From the NCBI GenBank assembly GCA_950097015.1, contig CATNEN010000003.1, positions 930,001 through 994,000 of the forward strand: a stretch of DNA of 64,000 nucleotides, written 5' to 3'. The translations under genes were made by a program, and so were the position numbers. Below the pieces are notes generated by a model. It was not told the DNA's origin. It worked only from the letters and a program-made list of their open reading frames with translations, and did no database searches. Positions 10,934 through 23,060 of this stretch are shown here, piece by piece (positions within the stretch are counted from its first letter, which is position 1; every line of letters starts with the position of its first letter). The stretch is from Macrostomum hystrix. Lineage: Eukaryota; Animalia; Platyhelminthes.

Positions 10934-13900
10934 CTAAGCAGCATCCTCGCTATTCTGCCGATAATCTGAGCCCACATTGCCAGCAAACTGACAATTTGGC
11001 AGCACATCGTCGAAGCTGTACTGTTCAATGTCAACAGGCTGGATTGTCCAGGGATGCCGTTCGACTTCGCAGATGCCGGCGCGCAGAGACGGATCGACCT
11101 GCAGCATGACCCGCAGCAGGCGGCCTGGGCAGGTGGGGAAACAAGTAACAGATAAATACAGTGAATACAGTGAACCAGTTAGTGCTGTAACCTACAGAAC
11201 CTGTCAGCGCTGTAACCTACAGAACCTGTCAGCACCGTAACCTACAGAACCTGTCAGAGCTGCAACCTACAGAACCTGTCAGCGCTGTAACCTACAGAAC
11301 CTGTCAGCGCTGTAATCTACAGAACCTGTCAGCGCTGTAACCTACAGAACCTGTCAGGACTGTAACCAACAGAACCTGTCAGGACTGTAACCAACAGAAC
11401 CTGTCAGCACGGTAACCTACAGAACCTGTCAGGACTGTAACCTACAGAACCTGTCAGCACTGTAACCTACAGAACCTGTCAGGACTGTAACCTACAGAAC
11501 CTGTCAGCACTGTAACCTACAGAACCTGTCAGCGCTGTAACCTACAGAACCTGTCAGCACTGTAACCTACAGAACCTGTCAGCGCTGTAACCTACAGAAC
11601 CTGTCAGCACTGTAACCTACAGAACCTGTCAGAGCTGCAACCTACAGAACCTGTCAGAGCTGCAACCTACAGCACCTGTCAGAGCTGCAACCTACAGCAT
11701 TAGTTTCAACCCAGGTCTCACCCAGCTGTGGCGAAGGTTTCCACTGCGGTTTAAGCACACCGGCAAGTGTTTCGTCAACATCAAAGAAAGGATTCTCGCC
11801 GAACACCAGAGTGTAGAGTGTAACGCCTAGGCTCCAGACGTCGGCCTCGGGTCCCTGGTAGGGATTGCCCAGCAGGATCTCGGGTGCGCAATACTCCATG
11901 GTGCCGCAGAACACAGAGAATGGCCTATCGGGCGAGACGAAGGCGGCGGCGCCGAAGTCGATAAGCATCAGTTGAAAGTGTTCGTCAATGATGACATTCT
12001 CGTCTTTGATGTCGCGATGCGCTATGCCACGCGAATGCAGATAAGCTACGGCAGAGGCCATCTGGCGGAACATGTAGCTGGTCAGGGGCTCGTCAAGGTT
12101 GGGATTGCGGTCGATAAATTCGAACAGGTCCATTCCCAGGCCGTGTCTGGGCATCACCAGTTCATAGTAACGACTGCTTTCTAGGGCCTCCAATAGGGGG
12201 ACAATGTTGGGATGACTGACCGATTGCAAAATGGCGGCCTCCCTGCAAAGTATGGTAATTTAAAATATTTATCGTTAGTTTCAAGATAATTTTCTGACTG
12301 CGTTGAACAAGTGTTAGTTGAATGAATTTGTATGGCTTGTAGTCAAATTTTCAATTTCGCCCGCGGGGAGGGGGTGCTCGAGTGTACCCGATTAGTAACT
12401 TCAATTTCGCCCGCGGGGAGGGGGTGCTCGAGTGTACCCGATTAGTAACTTCAATTTCGCCCGCGGGGAGGGGGTGCTCGAGTGTACCCGATTAGTAACT
12501 TCAATTTCGCCCGCGGGGAGGGGGTGCTCGTGTGTACCCGATTAGTAACTTCAATTTCGCCCGCGGGGAGGGGGTGCTCGAGTGTACCCGATTAGTAACT
12601 TCAATTTCGCCCGCGGGGAGGGGGTGCTCGAGTGTACCCGATTAGTAACTTCAATTTCGCCCGCGGGGAGGGGGTGCTCGTGTGTACCCGATTAGTAACT
12701 TCAATTTCGCCCGCGGGGAGGGGGTGCTCGTGTGTACCCGATTAGTAACTTCAATTTCGCCCGCGGGGAGGGGGTGCTCGTGTGTACCCGATTAGTAACT
12801 TCAATTTCGCCCGCGGGGAGGGGGTGCTCGTGTGTACCCGATTAGTAACTTCAATTTCGCCCGCGGGGAGGGGGTGCTCGTGTGTACCCGATTAGTAACT
12901 TCAATTTCGCCCGCGGGGAGGGGGTGCTCGTGCGTACCCGATTAGTAACTTCAATTTCGCCCGCGGGGAGGGGGTGCTCGTGTGAACCCGATTAGTAACT
13001 TCTATTTTGTCTCTTCAGCACAGCGATTTGTGTTTGCGTCCGCTCTGTGAAATACATACTTTGTCCTTGCCTTTGATCTTCGCCGACGCCGCCACAATGC
13101 AATTATAATAATTCTGTCGAGTGTCGAGAGATTTATGGCTCTGAGAACTTTATGGCCCTATAGCACAGAATCAGAATCGGATAGCGCCGACACTTTCACA
13201 TCCAGCCGCTCTTGAAGCTCGAATCTTATTGGAGCGACAATACGAGCTCTTTTTGTTGTTTGTCTCCCACTTTGGTGTCTTGCCGTCAAAAATTGATATT
13301 GAAAGTATAGGCCCATGAAAGACAATCCAAGACGAAATAGAAGCTACATTTTGTGAAATTGATTTACTCTAACTTGGGCAGGACGGTCACGCGGACGAAA
13401 TTAAAGTTACTAAATAACTAGCAGCTTAAAAAAGTAACGGTTGTCATCGTTACTTACATAGTAGCTTTAAAGAAATCTAACCTTGTTTTTATTTAAATTA
13501 AAGATTTTAATTAAAACGAAATAAAAAGAATCGTAAACTTCCACTATCGTTCCTTTTCTAATTAGTGAGAGCTGATTATTGAGTGGCGTCTAGCGCAAAA
13601 CAACTCACCTGGGCACCAAGCCGCCGCCCAGACGTTCCGGCCGTTCAACCAGCTGATGCGCGGCCAGCTTGGATTTGCGCACAAATTTCACCACCACCTG
13701 GGCGCTATCCGAGCGACGCGTAGCGGCTTTAACGTAGCCGTAGGCGCCGCGGCCGAGGTGCAGGGTGACAGCGTAGCGAGCGGACAGCTCATCCTCGGCT
13801 TCCGGATCAGCGTCGGTGTCGGCTGCGGCTTCATCGACACCGGACGACGATGGCTTCTCGTTGCTAGTGACGCCGTCGTCAGTTGCTACCAAGTTGCCGC

Positions 13901-16817
13901 TACCCTCCACCGCTGGCTTCGCAGTGGAAGACGCGTCGATGGCGGTGCGAACTGCAATTTTTGAGTCGTTTTTATTGCAAAGTTTAAACGACGCTTGTAA
14001 AGTTACTGAGAAACTTTTAATTACATTTTTCACTACATATAGAGTAGTTGTAAGCGATGACTTTATTGAACATACGATCAGCTATGTCAATATCTTCAAA
14101 CATGTACAACAGCAATTACCAACAACAGGGATGATACCTATAGATTTACTCTATTTATACCACTACTGGTAGTAGTAATTAGCCGATCGGACTGAGCCAA
14201 ACACCGACACGCACCTCGCTTCCTGCAATCGTCATAATTATCATCGTCAGCGGCTTCGTCGTCGGCGGCGGCGGCAGCTTCTTCAATCTCGGGCCATTCG
14301 TCGGCTTCGCGAGACAGCCAGACGCACAGCAGCCGCCTACCGCCAGCTAGTTCAATGCGTTTCAAATGATAGGCCACGGCCACAGCGGCGCCGGAGCTGT
14401 GCAGCGCTTCGCCGCGATAACTGCCCGCAATGGCCAGACTAGACTGATGATCGTGTCGGCCGCTGAAGCCGGGCAACACACTGTCCACTGGCTGGCCAAC
14501 CAGCTGCTTGGCTGATCGACCCAGCAACAGTTTGGCTAGCAACGGATGAATGCTGTGTACCTGCGGAGATGGCGATTTGAACGAATATTCTATCAAAGTC
14601 GGGAGTTCGAATCCCAAAAAATAATTGTCTCCATACACAAGATTCCTAATTGCTTTAGCATTAATTAGGGTACAAAGTAGAGTGGGTGTTGGTTGTGCCA
14701 CGTAAAAGCTGCGGCGGGGGGGCAAATGGCAGAGCGGTCTAACGCGGTTGTCTTTCGCACAAAGGTCCCTGAGATCGTTTCTGCTGCGAGGTTTGGGGCG
14801 AAGCCGCGGAGAGAAGGCTTTCAATTTACGCTATTTATGTGTAAATCTGCCCTGACTTTCTCATCGTCAGGCAGTGTAGACTCTCAGTGGGCCTTGGAGG
14901 TTCGCCGTCTCCGATAGACACCTAATCTTATCCTTGCTCAATGATGCCAAGTTTAGTTAATTAAGTTTCCATGGCAACGCACTGTCAGCTGCTCCTCCTC
15001 CTCCGTATTCTCAGCCACCGTCATCAAGCCGGAGACGTTGCAATAGAAAGTCAGCGTAGCCGTCAGCCAGCCGTCATCCGGGCGACGTTCAACCCGAGCC
15101 GAGCACGGATGATCACAGCCGGCTGCCATCACCGAGGCTGCGAATGTGGCGCTGGCGTCACCCTTTGGCGGCGGTCGGCAGCCGGGTAGCAGGTTAAAAA
15201 GAGGCCGGCCAGTGGAGTCTGGCGGCAACAGTCGGGCAGCGGCGCCGGTTGGCGGACCGACCACAATGCCGTCGGCATCGGCGATTAGTTTGGCAACGAC
15301 GCAGTGGACTGGCTCCAGGATCACTAGGGCACTGGCGTCGCCTGGAGACACAGACTTTCGTTGGGGATTCGTTTGGGATTTTTAGTTTGAGTATGGATCA
15401 TATTTGAATTAATTAGAATCAAATGAGCTGTTTAAAAGCGGAAGACCTACTGATTCACTAGCTGATTTTTCTGAAAATCAATGACCCCTAAGGAAAAGGG
15501 GCATTTTCCATAAGGACAAGGGCCAAGATAAAGATAATAACATTAGTTATACGGCGTTTATTAAGATAAACGATTCCAACGATTTAAAAACCCATTAGTT
15601 TAGCGGCAGTTTCCAAATATCAAAGACCCACTAGTTAAGCGGCATTTTCTAAAGAACAAAGACCCACGAGAGAGCGGCATTTTCTAAAGATTAAAGACCC
15701 GTTATAAAAGCCGCATTTTCTCAAGATCAAAGACCCATTAGATAAGCGGCATTTCTAAAGATCAAAGACCCACGAGAGAGCGGCATTTTCTAAAGATTAA
15801 AGACCCGTTATAAAAGCCGCATTTTCTCAAGATCAAAGACCCATTAGATAAGCGGCATTTCCAAAGATCAAAGACCCACGAGAGAAGCGGCATTTTCCAA
15901 CGTAGAAGACCATGGCTTTAAGTTATCTATCTACCTTGGCCCACACGCTGACAGGTTGGCCATTGCCGCGGCATTCAAACAATTTGCCATTAAGCGGAAC
16001 TGCCTCGCCTGAGACGTCTATAGCGGTCTCCGGCACGCTGGCCACAGCTGATTCGCCGCCACCGCGTCGGCCAATCAGCGATAAGAGACGCCGGCCAATC
16101 AGAGCTTCGGTTGGACTATCATTGAATAGGCGACCGAATACAGTGTTGGCAGTCAGGATGCGGGTGGTGCGCCGGTCTATGGTACAAATCGCCTTGGCCG
16201 GACTACGGGCCTGAAATACGAAGGATTAGAAGAATGAGGTGGCGAATTATGCTTAAAGGTGAAAAGTCGTATAGTCATCTCATCCCTACCTGATCGCATA
16301 GCTGACGAAACTGCTGCTGCTGCCTATTTGAAGCAGCTATACCAGACGGGCCGATGCTGCTTTTGTTAAGAAAATTGCAGAACGCATAAGATCTAGACAG
16401 AGAGTCGTTTAAAGATGCACTCAAATTCAACTGCTGCTGCTGTTGCAGGTGCTGATGCAGTGTCAACCGACTAGCACTAGCCGCAGCGTTGAAGCTGACG
16501 CCGTAGCAGTTGCCGACAGCGGAGAAATCTTCGGCATCCAGCAGGCTGCTAGACATGAGGCAGCGCTCACTCGGATCCTCAGCATCAGCCCGCTCCGAAG
16601 TGATCTCGCCATCGCCGTCAGCGACACCATCGCCGCCGTCGCCCATAGACAAGGCGTGCAACTCGCGCGCGGAATCTTTCAGTCGATCCAGCGGCGAAGG
16701 TCGATTTGGTGTGCCAAGCATTGGCTGGCGACTGCCAATAGCTGGACGATGCGACATTGACATTGACAAGGATAGCTGGGCGCCAAGACAGTCTTCGTCA
16801 ACAATGGAATCTTCCAT
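10934..16817 (-). CDS. PASK: PAS domain-containing serine/threonine kinase, 7 coding exons
   Basis: Exons 16290-16817, 15935-16210 (PAS-A: PAKAICTIDRRTTRILTAN...PVSVWAK), 14983-~15354 (acceptor uncertain), 14215-14560, 13609-13951 (LGRGAYGYVK, VVVKF), 11722-12242 (HRDIKDEN, DFG, FCGTMEYCAPE), 10934-11124 (HPWTIQPVDIEQYSFDDV, stop). Splice phases are consistent. Confidence 0.92.
11180..11700. repeat. 25-bp minisatellite (PASK last intron)
   Basis: Unit agaacctgtcagcgctgtaacctac. Confidence 0.95.
12351..13000. repeat. 50-bp minisatellite, 13 near-identical copies
   Basis: Unit tcaatttcgcccgcggggagggggtgctcgwgtgtacccgattagtaact. Confidence 0.97.
14720..14940 (+). mobile_element. SINE family B copy with an inverted internal segment
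   Basis: Head runs forward to caatttacgc; the next body segment is in reverse orientation (ctgactttctcatcgtcaggcagtgtagactctc). Confidence 0.6.
15480..15912. repeat. ~35-bp minisatellite with a 106-bp trimeric higher-order repeat
   Basis: gacccacgag recurs at 15661, 15767 and 15873. Confidence 0.85.
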
Positions 16818-19119
16818 GATTAATTCTGATCTGACCAAGACAAGCTTGTTAGCGCTTCAGAAATTCTTCTGGAATTTCAGTAGCGTGTAATAATCTTTAT
16901 GCTTAATGATTATGCTTATGCTTTATGCAGCAGTGTTCTGATAGCGAATCTTTTGCATTATACTTCACTAACATTGTAGAGTTACAGTGCCTTTCTAAAG
17001 AATAGTCTTCAGGTAGCCCCAACTTTCAAGTCATAATTCTAATGGCCTAACCACTAGGCAGCAACATCCTACTGCATATACATTAACACAAATGCAAATC
17101 TAGATACAAAGTTTAAAACAAGAGCTTGTATATAAACTTTAAAGAGCTATTAAGTAATTTCTTACTTGACTGTTGATAGGGCTTAGCTTTTTTAACTTAC
17201 CAGAGTAATTCTATTTTATTAAGCACATATTTTTGTACAAAAAAGTTTAAGACTTTAAGACTGAGTTTTATTTAGAAAAAAATGAAAAAATCAAATATAT
17301 TAATAAAATACTACCAGCTGAATAGTTGGTACCAGGTACCTAATTCATAGATTATGAAGAGAGATAAGTTTAATCTGCTAGCTTAATATTAAGCAGGTAT
17401 GAGTTCGATTAAGCTAAGGATTGTGCTAATATGAGTTTAAATAAAGCAAAATTATTGCCTAAAAAGAAAGACTACTTTTTTTGATTGGCAGTTAATGTTG
17501 TAAGAGATAATATTAAAAAGACATTCTTTTTCTGTAGTTGCAAACTTCTTAGCTCTAAAGAATTTTTAACACATTTACAAATATGCAAATTTGCCTTTTT
17601 ATAGAAAGCATACATGTGCATATACATGTGCAGTATTTATGTTCAAGTAATTAAAGTTCTTACCAATGTAATTATTAGCCAATAGTTGATTTCCTACTTA
17701 GGATGAAGCCACAAAATAACTTGACCCAACCAACATTTATGTACTAATATGCCACATACTCCCTAAATCTGTTCTGTTTAGACAAGTTCACAAAGCATGC
17801 AACTTTAAGGTTGAAGAACCTACTGAAATGTCAATTCAACTATCTTGTGGATCTACTTAATATATCAGTCTGGATCATGCTAAGTGTATACCAGAACACA
17901 AAAGGGCAGAACAAATTGTTTGTTTTGCTAAAATGTCAATATTCTCTTGACAACAACCTCTATTACTTGTTACTAAAGTCATTAAACATTAGTGTGATAC
18001 ATGTGTTACCTATACTAACCCTAGGCAGGTTGATATAAACACTAAAATGGATCACAATTGACAGCAATAGAAATGCAATTGACTACAGTTAGACAAAGGC
18101 AGAAGTTTTTTATTTCATTTTAGGCCTATTATATTGCTTCTAGACCTGCTGATATCAGATTAATATTGTATCTCAACTGTGATTCTTTTATAAACAAGTT
18201 TAACAAACTTTGCATTTAAATTAAAACTTTATATCAAAAGAAATAATAACAATTTTCAACTAGATATACAAGATTACCAACCATTAAGTTAATACAAAAT
18301 AAAAAATCACACAAAATTTGAATTTCTAAAAGGCCCAATTTTTTATAAATCTAAATTAAAACAAGAGTTTTCATCTTGAAGAGTCCCTTTACTGGTGGGC
18401 TTGGCAGCTTGACCATACATAATTGTTCGGCACTACTTTGTTCTAGATAGGGTAATGTATCATCAACCGAACAGTGTATCTTCAAAACCGAACAAGAATT
18501 TTGACTTCTTCCTTGGTCTCGTGCAAGACAGAAACAAGCTATTGTGTTTCACAGAACAACTAATTTTAAAATTGAAGAAATTATCTACAAGCTGAGGCAT
18601 GATGTGCAATGAAACATTAAGAGGAAAGAAAGATATTGATGTTTCAGTAGTCTAAATTTTTATTGCAAAAGCATACCTTTTAACAACATTTTTTCAGTAT
18701 GCACTTTAGACGAAGATTGTATGTGGTTGCTTGCCAATTAAATGACCATACATGTAGCTATTTATAGAGCATGAAATATGCTTTCAAATTATATAATTCA
18801 TGATAGTTCACTCCTTAAAATAAGATTAAACCACTCACTCAAATTGTAAAACTAAACATCAAATTCTCTGTTTAGTTTGAAGATACATGAAAGCCATTGT
18901 TCGGTTTTAGATAAAAAGCAGGAATAGGCCTAACTTTTTTTCTATTTGATAAAATAGCAAAAGCAGATACTTTTTAGAAAGATGTAACTGTTTCTATAAC
19001 TTGGCTTTTGGTTTATCATCATATCTTAAATAGAAAATCTGTAGCTTAGGTTTGAAGTTAAAAATACACATTCTTGTTTGGTTGATGATACATTACCTTA
19101 ACTCACTACTATTCTTAGT

Positions 19120-19309
19120 CAGTGTTGGGCACCATTAATGAAAAACTTAACATTGTTAACAGTTAAGCAGTTAACTCTAACTGGTGAAAAAATGAATGAT
19201 TTATGGTTAATGATTTTGCTTTTCTTTTTTAGCTTTTAGAAATTTATTCATCAAACTTTAACTTTGTTAACAGAAAGTTAACTGTTTAACTAGATAATGC
19301 CCAACACTG
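19120..19309. mobile_element. hAT-type MITE
   Basis: TIR cagtgttgggca / tgcccaacactg, 8-bp TSD ttcttagt/ttcttaga, and internal gttaac subrepeats. Confidence 0.8.
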
Positions 19310-20416
19310 TTCTTAGAGTGCATGTTCAGAGTTCAATAACCAAGGCAATAACTGACTAGAATGTAATGTAGGAATGTAGTTATTACTATAGCAATTACTG
19401 TTTTTTGTATAAGTTAAATGCTTGTTATTTTTTTAAACTAAAATGTTAAGACTTTGGTTTTGGCCTTGCTTCTGGCCATAGAAAAATGATATGGTAGGAC
19501 TATGGGTAGGTGACTACGTGCTAGGTCTGGTAGTGTAGTGTATTTATAGTGTACTTGAATATCACTTTAAATTATTTATAAAAATAAATTATATAAATAT
19601 AAATGATATATTAATCTGAAACAATCAAACGCTGCAAAAAAACGAGCGACAAACGAAATGGTAGCCGAAACAAAAAGCTATATATTTATTTAATAAAATT
19701 TAGTTCAGTTGACAGTGAGCAAAGCGTTGCGTAGCTGTTCTACTAAAACGATTTTAGATTGCTGGTAGTTAATCAGTTAGTGAATTTTAATAACAGAGTC
19801 AAGTCAAGTCCGTTGTTAGTGATCCAATTAAAAATATATCACTTTTAAAATTATTTTAATAACTGATTTAGTTTTAACAAGTGTAAATAACAAACATTTC
19901 AGTAAGAAGCAGAAAGCATCATATACATTAGCAGCTAATTAAGACTTACTTTCGATTTCATGAAAAACAATATTTTTATTCCAGTTTGAAATTTTACTTT
20001 TATAGGACACTTCAGAAAAAACTTGCACACTTTTTCAAACAACTAAAATTAGATGTACCAAATTTTACGGTTGATACAATTGTGCATTCTGTGGCTACGC
20101 CCTACTGCTTATAACCAATATTAAATAAAAAACAAAGGCTCTCGTACGTCGAGGAACCTTTTTGCAACTAAAACGAGACTTAGTAGCTTAAACAATTAAA
20201 TAAAGATACTATATAAAGTCAAGTGAAACAAATGGCTGATGCTGTGCAGCTGTATCGCGTATATTAAGTACCAACTAGAACTAGCTAGTCTGGTCAAAAT
20301 TTAACCTACCACTCTAAAGTTGTTAACTTTTACTTGAAAAATATGACCTAGATGACAAATTAGAATTTAAACTTCGAAGACACCCTCTTCTTTGTACTTT
20401 GAACTATATTTTTGTT

Positions 20417-20909
20417 GGCAGTGCTTATCCCCACGGTACCGTGGGAATAATTTCCTGCTTATCCGCACGGCACACTGACGAGATAGCTGTCCTATCTTCA
20501 ACATATTCCGTGGGCACTGTCAGACATTTTTTATGGACCTATTTTAACTTGGCCTAGAATAAAGTAATAGACTGGATTATAGACTTAGAAGGCTTGAGCT
20601 ATAAGATTAGAAAAGTACAAACTTCAGTTGTATTCTTTTGAATATATAAATTATAGAAATATATATTTTATATACTTACAAAAACCACCGTATTGGTTAA
20701 CTAATTGCGAAAAAGCAGAAAACTTTAATTTGTTTACTTGCTTTTAAAAACCGGAAGAAAAAAAGGAAAATTGCAGTCATGATAAAAAGATAGATGATAG
20801 GACAGCTATCTCGTCAGTGTGCCGTGCGGATAAGCAGGAAATTATTCCCACGGTACCGTAGGAATAAGACAAAAATTATTCCTACGGTACCGTGGGGATA
20901 AGCACTGCC
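20417..20909. mobile_element. MULE-type MITE with ~80-bp TIRs
   Basis: TIR ggcagtgcttatccccacggtacc... / ...ggtaccgtggggataagcactgcc, with a perfect 9-bp TSD atttttgtt (20408-20416 and 20910-20918). Confidence 0.9.
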
Positions 20910-21130
20910 ATTTTTGTTTTTCATACTTTTTTTGCTATGTCTTTAGAAGTCTAAGTTAAATATATCCTAGTAGACATCCTGTTCTTGTTCTTTCAAGCTG
21001 CAAAAACACTGGACTTGACATAGACCTTACATGGACATAAACTCTGCAACACTTTGCCGTGTGCTATGTTCTAATAGGCAATAGGCCCTATCTAATCCAA
21101 CTGATATTATTATCAGCAAATAAAAATCTA

Positions 21131-21827
21131 GGAAGTGCTTATTTCCACAGTCCCGTGCTGATAAATTCAATTTTATCCACATGGTCATGGATCCATGCCG
21201 ATAATTTTCTGCTTATCCACACGGCAGCTTGTATGAATAGGCCTAGGTCTACTTTCAACTCAAATCCCTAGGCTACCTATTCTTCTCTGAGCATAAGGCT
21301 TTTGCTTCAGAGTATAGTGTATAGTGTACACTATCAATCCATAGTGTAAAAGAATAACAATGATGCATAATATGTGTGACAAGTTTGGTGCTGACTAGAA
21401 TTCTGCTGGTTGACTCGTATGATTTTCTTTGATAGACTTTTTACTTTTTAAGTCAATACAATTTGAATGAAAACATGTATGGATGACAAAATATTTAGTG
21501 AGTTGTTATTAAAATAATTAAAAAGGATGACATTAATGTCGGTTAATGAATGCGTAGTTCGAAATGTAGAACACTGTCGTAACACACTGGCAACTTTGTT
21601 GATCTATTGGCTTGGGGGTTCAACAAAATGTTCAAACCTGAAAGGGCCTCATTTCAAAGAACAGAACTCTGTGGATAAAATTGAAATTAACGGCACAGTA
21701 TATTTATATAGAGAGTTTTAGACCTATTCATACAAGCTGCCATGTGGATAAGCAGAAAATTATCGGCATGGATCCGTGTGGATAAAATTGAAATTATCGG
21801 CATGGGGCCGTGGGAATAAGCTCTGCC
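21131..21827. mobile_element. Second, related MULE-type MITE with ~110-bp TIRs
   Basis: TIR ggaagtgcttatttccac...gcagcttgtatgaatagg / cctattcatacaagctgc...gtgggaataagctctgcc, with a perfect 9-bp TSD aaaaatcta. Confidence 0.88.
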
Positions 21828-21899
21828 AAAAATCTATTGCCTCTCCTAGCATAATTGCTATAATATTGGTTTGGTGTGTCTAGGCCCCACCTAATTTAG

Positions 21900-23060
21900 T
21901 TAGGCCCTATATAAGTCATTGCTTATTGGCATGGTCCTATGCAAATAGTGTCAAGGTCAAGTTGATTCACTTGAAGTCACTCATTATACTAGATGCAAAA
22001 ATTGTAAGTAAAATATAGAGCCAAAATCACAATAGGCCAGTTTGCCTCAAACTGTGCTGGAATGCTGGCTACATGGACCTACATCAGGCTATTGCCCATG
22101 TGCTCGGCTGGCAATATGACAGTGCCATCAGCATGTGGATAAAGCCATGGGTGCTAGGGTCTGTCTAGTAAGCCCATTGGAGACCCACATACTAGACTTA
22201 ACAAAATATAGACTTTACACTTTATAGCCTACAAATAATGGAACAGGCAGTCCTACAATCATGTCTCTGGAAACAACCTGCAGAGCTGGCAACAGCTTTT
22301 AAGTCCATGATCTGACCTCTAGTGTCAAGTTCTTTAGTGTCTCAGTATATCAAATGTGGTGATATAGTCTGAAACCAACTTTCTGGACAAGACTGCAAAT
22401 GCTAGAGGGACTTGCTTGGTTGTCAACCCCCTTCTGATGTAGTAGTGCACTGAGCAGAGTTGCTTGAATGGTGCATGTAAAATGTTGAAGGTGCCATCCA
22501 GAAACCATAATGTAGAGGAAGCAAGCAGCTCCTTCTAGTTAGTATTGAAAAGCAGCAGATGGCACTTTCTTGTGCCTTCAATCTGGATAGCACTGCAGAG
22601 AAATCTGGAGGCAGATGATTCACAGCCAGTTCAAATTGCAGGTCAATGGGACACTGGGCGCTCAGCCTCATAAGCTTGATTTGCAATGTGCATATGCTGA
22701 TTGATGGTAGGATGATAGGATGTGAGGGCCAATGTTTGCATTTTTAAGCAGCTTTGCCTCCACAATTGCAGCCACTGTCCTGAAGCAATGCCACTTCGCC
22801 TCCTGTTTGACCTAAGCAACAAGTTAACACTTTACCACCTCACACACCAGTTGTTTGCAGACATGGTCAGTCTGACTACATCTAAAATTTCCCTGGCTAG
22901 ATCCTTGATTGCAGTAGCCAAGCACTTTACTGTAGAATTGGGTTGTGTGTAGCAATAGTACTAAATGTTCTTCTTCTGTAGGTTGAATGCTAGCATGCAC
23001 TCTAGCTTACCAATACACTGAATAATTGTGGACTTCTGCTTGCTAGTGCCATTGCCATTA
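21900..23060 (-). pseudogene. Degenerate Mutator (MULE) transposase
   Basis: Translation across frameshifts and stops gives PIDLQFELAVNHLPPDF...HLLLF...LWFLDGTFNILHAPFKQLCSVH...KQVPLAFAVLSRK...DY...LFP...CLFHYL*AI. These are the MULE DGTF and CxxH motifs. Boundaries are approximate. Confidence 0.8.

Noticed and set aside
12351-13000. Possible CRISPR array (also the 40-bp and 43-bp arrays)
   Set aside because: Units are contiguous with no unique spacers, there are no cas genes, and the context is eukaryotic.
18350-18540. Stop-free minus-strand stretch that might be an upstream PASK exon
   Set aside because: No recognisable motif or clear splice pair, so it cannot be supported.
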